Source: a virus
Length of the DNA: 33,869 nucleotides
Reading direction: 5' to 3' (one strand)
IMG/VR virus record: IMGVR_UViG_3300027852_000121
In this document: piece after piece, positions 25,683 through 32,597 of the stretch
How positions within the stretch are numbered: the first letter of the stretch is position 1
Layout of the letters: the number at the start of each line of letters is the position of its first letter
Position numbers and translations under genes: made by a program
The notes under the pieces: generated by a model
What the model was told of the DNA's origin: nothing
Database searches by the model: none
What the model saw: the letters and a program-made list of their open reading frames with translations, nothing else

Positions 25683-26921
25683 TTAGTTATCCGCGTCTAG
25701 TACTATCTCTAATTTAGTAGCCTCTCGGTCTACTAATTCTATAAACAGCTCTATATTTTCAGACTCCGCCCAGTTTAGAACCTCCTCGAAATTGTTTTTA
25801 TCAATTAGAGAGGCGTCTACTTTTAAGATTTTAAGCTCTTTGAGCGTAGAGGCTCCGATTTTCATACCGGCAATTAATTGAGCGGCTGTATTAATTTGGT
25901 TTCGGTCAAATGGCAGCCCGTTATATAGGAAACACTCCCCGGCTGTATCGTAAGTAAGTCCCTCGACTCCGATTAATTCAGAAATACGAGCGGCTTTTTT
26001 ACTTTTTAAGCTCTCGATATTGTCGTTATTTTCAGATATATTTTTTTCTAACTCATCGATACTTTGCTCCTGGATCTGAGCGGCTTTAGCTGAGGTAATT
26101 TTAGCGTTAGTTTTTGTAACATTTTCTAAAGAGTCCTCTAATTCTTTAAACTCGTCTCCGTTTAGAGGTATGTTTTCAGCGTCTTTTAACCAGTTTTCGC
26201 CGTCGATAATTTCTACCTCAGTCTCCTGTAAATCTTTAGTTAATTTAGCGATATCTTCTTTTAATTCTTTTACATTTTTCTCCCTATCCATTATACCGCC
26301 CTCTATGCGCGCGTAATTCTGCCATTTTTCGCGCTCGGCTGCTATCTTTTTAGACAGCTCGACTACGTCTATTACTTCTTTTTTAGCGTCCTCCGGGTCA
26401 AAGTAAGCTATAGTATCGGACAAAGTTTTTAATTCTCTTTTATCGAACCTCCTAGACTCCTCGTTTTCTTCTATTTCCGAGTCTATATCCGAAAAATCCG
26501 CGTCCATTATTTTAGCAAAATATTTTAACTGCTCGGCGTCCGTTTTATTAAAAAATTCGTCTATATCAAAATTTAAAACCCCTATTTTATCCTCCATAAA
26601 AGAGCGCGGAGCTTTTACAAATTTTTCAGTTTTTTTAGTTGCGTTTTTGTTTTCAATCTCGAAAGCTGTAGGTCGTCCTTTCGTAAATTTTGTACGAGCT
26701 ATATAGTCTCCTAAATCTAACTCTATTAATCCTTTTTTAGCCCCGTTAGTAGTTGGCTCAGGAGGGAGGTTTTTTCCTGTTAGACCGCACCAAACGGCGT
26801 GAATAAAAGAGGTTTTTCCTGTACCGTTACCTCCAATTAAATAAACGTTTTTTCCGTTTACGTCTCCTGTAAAAGACTCGATACCTTTAAAATTTTTAAT
26901 ATTTATACTTTGGATTTTCAT
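25683..26921 (-). CDS. SMC/Rad50/SbcC-like ABC-type ATPase with central coiled coil
   Basis: The N-terminus IKNFKGIESF...VYLIGGNGTGKTSFIHAVW is an SMC-type Walker A head. The middle is an E/K-rich coiled coil. The C-terminal LKILKVDASLID is a degenerate Walker B, and I saw no clear LSGG signature. Confidence 0.6.
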   Translation of the reverse strand: MKIQSINIKNFKGIESFTGDVNGKNVYLIGGNGTGKTSFIHAVWCGLTGKNLPPEPTTNGAKKGLIELDLGDYIARTKFTKGRPTAFEIENKNATKKTEKFVKAPRSFMEDKIGVLNFDIDEFFNKTDAEQLKYFAKIMDADFSDIDSEIEENEESRRFDKRELKTLSDTIAYFDPEDAKKEVIDVVELSKKIAAEREKWQNYARIEGGIMDREKNVKELKEDIAKLTKDLQETEVEIIDGENWLKDAENIPLNGDEFKELEDSLENVTKTNAKITSAKAAQIQEQSIDELEKNISENNDNIESLKSKKAARISELIGVEGLTYDTAGECFLYNGLPFDRNQINTAAQLIAGMKIGASTLKELKILKVDASLIDKNNFEEVLNWAESENIELFIELVDREATKLEIVLDADN

Positions 26922-27017
26922 AATATTGCTTTTTTGGTTAAAAAAACCCCGACGCTCTCAAAAAAAACCAACTTATTAATAAATAAATTACAATTTACGC
27001 CGAGGCTATTCTTATTT

Positions 27018-27245
27018 TTATCTTACAGGTCTAGCCTCTCCTCGAAAAGTAGAATACTGCATATCTATACTCTCTAAATTTTCTTTAGCTGAGGATAAAC
27101 GTCTCTCGTAATGTTCGTTAACATTTTGTTGAGCCATTTGTAAAATATTTCTTTGATCCTCAGGAGTAAAATTATTTACTAAATTCTCGGCTATTTCATT
27201 AGCTATTTGAGATACTGGGTCTTGTTTAACACATTCGTTATTCAT
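27018..27245 (-). CDS. Hypothetical protein (75 aa, acidic helical)
   Basis: ORF track. A TTAACCAA leader motif lies upstream (plus-strand 27249..27268). Confidence 0.45.
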   Translation of the reverse strand: MNNECVKQDPVSQIANEIAENLVNNFTPEDQRNILQMAQQNVNEHYERRLSSAKENLESIDMQYSTFRGEARPVR

Positions 27246-27270
27246 GATAATTTATTTTTTTTGGTTAATA

Positions 27271-27299
27271 AACTCCGGAGTAAATAGTACCCCGGAGTT
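27271..27299. other. 8-bp GC-containing hairpin between the SSB-like and 75-aa genes
   Basis: AACTCCGG (27271..27278) pairs with CCGGAGTT (27292..27299) around a 13-nt loop. There is no U-run in the direction of transcription (minus strand). Confidence 0.4.
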
Positions 27300-27316
27300 A
27301 GGTTATTTAGATTACC

Positions 27317-27967
27317 TTAAAAAGGTAGTCCCTTTTTTTCGATACCGTCTCCGGCTGCATTTAATTTGTAGCCCTCAGGTATTGCGTCTCCTGTAGCCCA
27401 ATTCTCAGGAGTTACTACCTTTTTTTGCTCAGGTGCCGGAGCTGTAGACTCAGTCGAACCGCCCGGAGATAGGAAAGGATTACCGTTTTCTACTAACAAC
27501 TGGCTTAAATCTATAGGAGTAGCTATAAAAGCGTCTACTATCTCCTGAGTAGGCTCTTTTTTAGGTTTAGCTATAAAACTATACTCCGTATCCATACCGG
27601 AACCTTTTTTACTAATTACTATATCATAGTATTTAGGATGTCCCCAGTCAGCGTCTGCGGCGTGTTTATGTAATGCCGCTATAATTGTCTGTTTGTCTAA
27701 CTCTAAAACCTCTATAGACTCAGTCTCGTAATTCCATACGATTAAAGCCCATGCGTGTTTTACAGAGTCTTTTTGTCCGGCTCCTTTTGCCGGTTTATTG
27801 TCGCGGTCGAATTTAACTCTTTTAGGTTTTCCGTCCGCCCAAATTAGCCAAACCATTAAAGGAGAGGATAGGATACGGAAACGGTTATCTCCCGTCTCTA
27901 ACTTTGTAAAACCTCCTCCGCTAGTAGGTACCTCGTACCCGTCAGGTAAAAAACTTTCTTTACTCAT
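27317..27967 (-). CDS. ssDNA-binding protein candidate (T4 gp32-like OB-fold pattern, no zinc finger)
   Basis: FTKLETGDNRFRILSSP resembles gp32 KLKLDNAGNGQAVIRFLPS. HAWALIVWNYE resembles YWANILVV. YYDIVISKKGSGMDTEYSF resembles NFVLKVKQVSGFSNYDES. The C-terminus ...KKGLPF resembles the bacterial SSB tip (IPF/LPF). Confidence 0.5.
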   Translation of the reverse strand: MSKESFLPDGYEVPTSGGGFTKLETGDNRFRILSSPLMVWLIWADGKPKRVKFDRDNKPAKGAGQKDSVKHAWALIVWNYETESIEVLELDKQTIIAALHKHAADADWGHPKYYDIVISKKGSGMDTEYSFIAKPKKEPTQEIVDAFIATPIDLSQLLVENGNPFLSPGGSTESTAPAPEQKKVVTPENWATGDAIPEGYKLNAAGDGIEKKGLPF

Positions 27968-27985
27968 AATTAAAAAATTTAATAT

Positions 27986-28207
27986 TTATTTATTGATTAA
28001 TAATAAAACTAGATCCTCTAGTTTTTTCGTTATATTCTCGTCTGTAGTCCTAGTCTGTAGGACGTTGTTTAGCTTGGATCTATTTTTAGCCGTCTCCGGA
28101 AAATCCGCTTTAAAGTAATGAAAAAATAAAGAAGTAATACCGCTTTTAGGTAAATCTTTTTTAGCTTTCAAAACTCGTATTTTTAAATCCTCGGTCGTAG
28201 TATTCAT
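27986..28207 (-). CDS. Hypothetical protein (73 aa), first gene of the leftward early operon
   Basis: ORF track. It lies directly downstream of a good Bacteroidota-type promoter on the minus strand. Confidence 0.5.
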   Translation of the reverse strand: MNTTTEDLKIRVLKAKKDLPKSGITSLFFHYFKADFPETAKNRSKLNNVLQTRTTDENITKKLEDLVLLLINK

Positions 28208-28233
28208 TTTCGTAATAGTTTTTAAATCTGAGA

Positions 28234-28264
28234 CAAATATATAAATTAAATTTTAATGTACAAA
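28234..28264 (-). promoter_or_regulatory. Bacteroidota-type promoter driving the leftward operon
   Basis: On the minus strand the -7 box TATATTTG corresponds to plus-strand CAAATATA at 28234..28241. The -33 TTTG corresponds to plus-strand CAAA at 28261..28264. The spacer is 19 nt, and the -7 box lies 26 nt upstream of the ATG at 28207. Confidence 0.6.
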
Positions 28265-28296
28265 TTTTTTTTACAAAAATATTTTACATACATTTA
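28265..28296 (+). promoter_or_regulatory. Weak candidate rightward promoter (divergent partner)
   Basis: The -7-like box TACATTTA at 28289..28296 is imperfect, and the -33 position holds only a T-run. It precedes the leader motif at 28307..28320. Confidence 0.25.
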
Positions 28297-28306
28297 CAGA
28301 ATATTT

Positions 28307-28320
28307 ATAACCAATAAATT
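28307..28320 (+). promoter_or_regulatory. Leader motif ATAACCAATAAATT upstream of the ATG at 28328
   Basis: Same motif, 7 nt before the ATG. Confidence 0.5.
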
Positions 28321-28327
28321 TTATATT

Positions 28328-28432
28328 ATGTTTGAATTATTTTATTTTGCCTATTTATTTTTGATTGCTTTATTTTTAATTTCTGCCGGTACTTTAGTAT
28401 ATGTATTAGTAAAGGAGCACTTAAAAAAATGA
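28328..28432 (+). CDS. Small hydrophobic membrane peptide (34 aa), below the ORF-track cut-off
   Basis: Hand translation gives MFELFYFAYLFLIALFLISAGTLVYVLVKEHLKK*. It is preceded by ATAACCAATAAATT, and its stop overlaps the helicase ATG (ATGA). Confidence 0.4.
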   Translation: MFELFYFAYLFLIALFLISAGTLVYVLVKEHLKK

Positions 28433-29919
28433 GTATATTTAAACTTAGACCGTATCAGGAGGAACTAAAAACTGATATTCGTAACCTATTTTCTAACGGT
28501 AAAAAGCGCGCTATTTTATGCAGCCCTACAGGGTCAGGAAAAACGGTTACTTTTGCAGACATAGCCCGAGAGAGTGTAAAAAATGGATTTAAAGTCCTTA
28601 TTATAGTAGACCGTAAAGAGCTGTTAAATCAAGCTCGGGAAAAACTAATATCTTACGGACTTAATCCGTCAATCATTACCGCCGGGAGGACTGGGAGATT
28701 AAATAACGACTCCTATATAGCAACCGTACAGACTTTAGTAAGGAGGCAATTTCCGCCGGTAGACCTTATTATAGTAGACGAGGCTCATAAGCAAATATTT
28801 GATAAAGTTTTAATACGTGAGGAGTATAAAGACGCTTTTGTAATTGGAGCTACAGCTACTCCGTACCGTACCGGTCGTATGACTCAATTAAGTAGTATTT
28901 ATAGTAATATTGTAGAAACTGTAAATATAGACGACCTGATAAAATCAGGATTTTTAGTCCCGGCTATTACATACGGAGCTAAGGTAGATACCTCAAAAAT
29001 AAAGATTAAAAGAGGAGATTTCGATAATCAGGAACTATACAAAGCTTTCGATAAACAGACGCTTTACGCCGGAGTAGTAGAAAAATATAAAAAATTCGCT
29101 AACGGTACAAAAGCTATCTGTTTTAATATTAATGTAGAGCACTCCAAAAAAGTAACAGCCGCCTTTAACGCTGCCGGTATTTCTGCTATCCATTTAGACG
29201 GAAAAACTCCAAAAAAGGAGAGAGAGCGTATATTAGATAGTTTTTCTAAAGGTTATTTTAAAATACTTTGTAACGTAGACGTTTTAACCGCCGGCTTTGA
29301 CGAGTGGACTATAGAGACTATAATCGTAAATTTAGCTACAAAATCTTTAACCAAATGGCTACAGATGAACGGTAGAGGCTCTCGTATTACTCCTTTCGAG
29401 TTTAAAGGTAAACCCGGATTTTTACAAAAAGAGCATTTTAATATTATAGATATGGGAGGGAACGTTTTTACGCTCGGATTTTGGGAGGCTGAGAGAGAGT
29501 ATAGTTTAACTCATAGAGTAAAATCTACTATAGATCCGGCTCCTGTAAAAATTTGTCCGGAGGATAAAGTAGACGTTAATATAAATAGAGGTTGCGGAGC
29601 TATCGTACATTTATCCGCTCCCCGGTGCAAAATCTGCGGCTTTGTTTTTCCTAAAGAAATTAAAAAAGAGGTAGAGTCTGAGTTTATCCAGTTAGAAAAT
29701 CAGCAATATTTACCGCCTGAGCTAATCGGTAAAAGTTGGGGTAGTATGACCGTACAGGAGTTAGAGTCTGTTAGAGTTATTAAAGGATATAAACAGGGTT
29801 GGATCGTTAGGCAAATATTACTTAATAAAGATTTACAGCTCATAGATTACGCTCGATTTAAACAATACAAAAACGCCGCTCTTTGGGTCGGGCGTATGGA
29901 GGATATGTATATAAAGTAA
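28429..29919 (+). CDS. SF2 DEAH-box DNA helicase with C-terminal zinc-ribbon region
   Basis: Motif I SPTGSGKT, motif II IIVDEAHK, motif III GATATP, motif VI QMNGRGSR, and a Cys cluster CPEDK...CGAIVH...CKICG. Confidence 0.8.
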   Translation: MSIFKLRPYQEELKTDIRNLFSNGKKRAILCSPTGSGKTVTFADIARESVKNGFKVLIIVDRKELLNQAREKLISYGLNPSIITAGRTGRLNNDSYIATVQTLVRRQFPPVDLIIVDEAHKQIFDKVLIREEYKDAFVIGATATPYRTGRMTQLSSIYSNIVETVNIDDLIKSGFLVPAITYGAKVDTSKIKIKRGDFDNQELYKAFDKQTLYAGVVEKYKKFANGTKAICFNINVEHSKKVTAAFNAAGISAIHLDGKTPKKERERILDSFSKGYFKILCNVDVLTAGFDEWTIETIIVNLATKSLTKWLQMNGRGSRITPFEFKGKPGFLQKEHFNIIDMGGNVFTLGFWEAEREYSLTHRVKSTIDPAPVKICPEDKVDVNINRGCGAIVHLSAPRCKICGFVFPKEIKKEVESEFIQLENQQYLPPELIGKSWGSMTVQELESVRVIKGYKQGWIVRQILLNKDLQLIDYARFKQYKNAALWVGRMEDMYIK

Positions 29920-29925
29920 ATTATT

Positions 29926-29957
29926 TTTGTACAATTAAAATATAATTTATATATTTG
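29926..29957 (+). promoter_or_regulatory. Bacteroidota-type promoter upstream of the C5-MTase gene
   Basis: -33 TTTG at 29926..29929, a 20-nt spacer, and -7 TATATTTG at 29950..29957. It is embedded in a 19-mer that is identical at 32517..32535. Confidence 0.6.
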
Positions 29958-29970
29958 AGCATTATTAATA

Positions 29971-29984
29971 TAAACCAATAAATT
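29971..29984 (+). promoter_or_regulatory. Leader motif TAAACCAATAAATT upstream of the ATG at 29991
   Basis: Same motif, 6 nt before the ATG and downstream of the -7 box. Confidence 0.5.
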
Positions 29985-29990
29985 AAAATT

Positions 29991-31013
29991 ATGAATGTAT
30001 TATCACTTTTCGACGGTATGAGCTGCGGACAAATAGCGTTAAATAGAATAGGTATAACTCCCGATAATTATTTCGCTAGTGAAATAGATAAACACGCTAT
30101 AGAGGTAACTCAAAAAAATTACCCCAGTACTATACAAGTAGGAGACGTACAATTTTTAACAAAAGAAACTTTTTTAAATCATAAAATAGATTTAATAATA
30201 GGAGGTAGTCCTTGTCAAGGCTTTAGCTTTGCCGGAAAACAATTAAATTTTGACGACTCTAGGAGTAAGTTATTTTTTGATTTTGTTAGATTGTATAAAG
30301 ATTTAAAAGAGGTAAATCCTGATATTAAATTTTTACTAGAAAATGTAAAAATGAAAAAAGATTATCAGGATATAATATCTAAGTATTTAGAGGTAAAGCC
30401 TATAGAGATTAATTCTAGCTTACTCTCAGCTCAGAATAGAAAACGTTTATACTGGACGAATATACAGGGAGTATCTCAGCCCGAGGATAAAGGTATTTTT
30501 CTTAAAGATATATTACAGCCGTTTGTTAGTGATAGTTTTTTAATGAGTGAAAAGTGGGGCGTATGGTGGGACAAAAATTTAGAGTTTCAATTAAAAAAGA
30601 AATATTCAGCCGTTAACCCTGATAAAGCTATTACTATGACGGCTAGACAATACGCCAACTGGAACGGTAATTTTGTTTTTGTAGGAAATAGCGCGCTAGT
30701 TAGGGAGGCTACTAAAAAAGGGTATACAGAGATTAAAGATAAAGACTGTGTAGATTTAACTTTTATAGGTAGTAAAACTCGTAGAGGTCGAAATATGAAA
30801 GAAAAATCTAACTGTTTGACTGCAAATAATTTTAATTTTTTTCAGTTTAAAAATGGAACCTTTAGAAAACTAACCCCTGTAGAATGTGAAAGACTACAGA
30901 CAGTACCCGACAATTACTCGGATATAGCTAGTAACTCTCAGCGTTATAAAATGCTCGGTAACGGTTGGACTGTAGACGTTATAGCTCATATATTTAAAAA
31001 TCTTAAATTATAA
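29991..31013 (+). CDS. dcm: DNA (cytosine-5)-methyltransferase
   Basis: Motif I LSLFDGMSCG, motif IV GGSPCQGFS, motif VI LLENV, motif VIII SAQNRKR, motif IX RKLTPVECERLQTVPDNY, motif X GNGW. Confidence 0.9.
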   Translation: MNVLSLFDGMSCGQIALNRIGITPDNYFASEIDKHAIEVTQKNYPSTIQVGDVQFLTKETFLNHKIDLIIGGSPCQGFSFAGKQLNFDDSRSKLFFDFVRLYKDLKEVNPDIKFLLENVKMKKDYQDIISKYLEVKPIEINSSLLSAQNRKRLYWTNIQGVSQPEDKGIFLKDILQPFVSDSFLMSEKWGVWWDKNLEFQLKKKYSAVNPDKAITMTARQYANWNGNFVFVGNSALVREATKKGYTEIKDKDCVDLTFIGSKTRRGRNMKEKSNCLTANNFNFFQFKNGTFRKLTPVECERLQTVPDNYSDIASNSQRYKMLGNGWTVDVIAHIFKNLKL

Positions 31014-31017
31014 AATT

Positions 31018-31821
31018 ATGAAATTACTAAGAGTAGAAAATATCAATAGTATAATGTTTCTAGACATAGAGACAGCTCCCCAATGGGAAAAACTAGAGGA
31101 CGCTCCCGAGTACGTGCAAAAAGAATGGATCTATAAATTTAAGTTTAGAGACGACGCGCCTAAAAACCCGGACACTTTAAAAAAAGAAACCGTAGAGAAT
31201 GAGAACCATACTAATATATTTAGAAAAAAATTAAAAGAAAACTATTTTGAGTATTTCGCTAACCTTTGGACGGCGCAAGCCGGGCTATATGCTGAATTTA
31301 GTAAAATTATCTGTATCTCAGCCGGATATATGGACGGATATAATTTTAAATTAAAATCGTATTCGAGTGAAAATGAAGCGGATTTATTAATAGCTTTCAA
31401 AAATGACCTTAATAGCTTTTACAATTATAATAAATTTCTAAAGCTATGCGCTCATTATGGTAAAGGTTTTGATTTTCCGTTTATTGCTAGACGCTTGTTA
31501 ATTCATAGACAAGTACTCCCGGTATTATTGGATAACTACGGTCTAAAACCTTGGGAGGGAGTTAATCTAGATACTCATGAGATATGGAAAATTGGTAGCT
31601 TTGGAGGTAGCGGTACGCTCGGCTCTATTGCTATGGCTTTCGGTATACCGTCTCCTAAAGACGACATAGAGGGAGCGGACGTAGCTAGAGCTTATTACGC
31701 CGGAGAGTTAGACCGTATAGTTACGTATTGCGATAAAGATACATTTACCTTACTGAACGTATTTAAAGCTATGAGAGGAGAGGATTTATTAGACTGGGGA
31801 GCTGTTCAAAAAACTTTATAG
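31018..31821 (+). CDS. Stand-alone DnaQ/PolB-exo-like 3'-5' exonuclease
   Basis: Exo I FLDIETAP, Exo II GKGFDFPFIARR, Exo III YCDKDTFTL. No polymerase domain follows. Confidence 0.7.
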   Translation: MKLLRVENINSIMFLDIETAPQWEKLEDAPEYVQKEWIYKFKFRDDAPKNPDTLKKETVENENHTNIFRKKLKENYFEYFANLWTAQAGLYAEFSKIICISAGYMDGYNFKLKSYSSENEADLLIAFKNDLNSFYNYNKFLKLCAHYGKGFDFPFIARRLLIHRQVLPVLLDNYGLKPWEGVNLDTHEIWKIGSFGGSGTLGSIAMAFGIPSPKDDIEGADVARAYYAGELDRIVTYCDKDTFTLLNVFKAMRGEDLLDWGAVQKTL

Positions 31822-31822
31822 T

Positions 31823-32086
31823 ATGAAAAACAAAAGCCCCATTTTCTACGTAACTCTAACGGGACATATCACTACAGGAAAATCTAAAAAAGTAGTGGTA
31901 GTAGTTGTAAAAGAGCTCGTAGTAAAAGGAACCGACGAACAAATAAAAAACAGCGAAAGGGTAAAACGCAATTTTTTAAAGAAACATTTTAAAAGCTCTA
32001 AAAAAGCTTTTGATTTCGATTTAAGTAGATTAAAAATAGTAAGTATTAAAGTTTTAGAGAGCTTAGGATATGGAACTCCCGTTTAA
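31823..32086 (+). CDS. Hypothetical protein (87 aa, basic, Val-run)
   Basis: ORF track only. Confidence 0.4.
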   Translation: MKNKSPIFYVTLTGHITTGKSKKVVVVVVKELVVKGTDEQIKNSERVKRNFLKKHFKSSKKAFDFDLSRLKIVSIKVLESLGYGTPV

Positions 32087-32489
32087 TATTAGCGAGTCTA
32101 AAAAAGCTAAAGGTTTGAAATGCTGCGCGTATGCTTGTAATAATAAACCTTTAGCTAAACTCGGCGGACTTTGTCCTAAACATTACAGGAGAAAACGCCG
32201 AGTCCTGGATCCTGTTTATTGTAGGTATAATGGTTTTAAAGGTAACGCTAAAAAGCGAGGTAAAGATTTCGGTATTACGCTAACAGAGTTTAGAGCTTTC
32301 TGTAAAAAAACCGGATACCTCAGCAAAGGGCAGCGAGGACAAAACGCTACAATAGACCGCCGCTGTAATATCCATGGTTATTTTATATGGAATATTCAAC
32401 TTTTAACAAACAGACAAAACGCTAGTAAAGGCTCCGGATTTTCCGGAGATAATTTCGAGAGGTGCGACCCGGAGGACTTACCGTTTTAA
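32070..32489 (+). CDS. His-Me finger / HNH-like endonuclease, small and Cys-rich
   Basis: The zinc-loop pattern CCAYAC...GLCPKHYRR and the C-terminal ATIDRRCNIHGYFIWNIQLLTNRQNASKG are typical of phage HNH variants. It has 8 Cys in 139 aa and ends ...PEDLPF. Confidence 0.5.
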   Translation: MELPFNISESKKAKGLKCCAYACNNKPLAKLGGLCPKHYRRKRRVLDPVYCRYNGFKGNAKKRGKDFGITLTEFRAFCKKTGYLSKGQRGQNATIDRRCNIHGYFIWNIQLLTNRQNASKGSGFSGDNFERCDPEDLPF

Positions 32490-32539
32490 TTAATATAAAT
32501 TATTAAATAAAATAATGTAAATTATTTTTGTACAAAAGT

Positions 32540-32570
32540 TTTGTATATCGAAATAAATACTTTACATTTG
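32540..32570 (+). promoter_or_regulatory. Bacteroidota-type promoter upstream of the N6/N4-MTase gene
   Basis: -33 TTTG at 32540..32543, a 19-nt spacer, and -7 TACATTTG at 32563..32570. It is preceded by the shared 19-mer GTAAATTATTTTTGTACAA at 32517..32535. Confidence 0.6.
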
Positions 32571-32577
32571 AATATTA

Positions 32578-32591
32578 TTAACCGATAAATT
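32578..32591 (+). promoter_or_regulatory. Leader motif TTAACCGATAAATT upstream of the ATG at 32598
   Basis: Same motif with one substitution, 6 nt before the ATG and starting at about the predicted transcript 5' end. Confidence 0.45.
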
Positions 32592-32597
32592 AATAAA

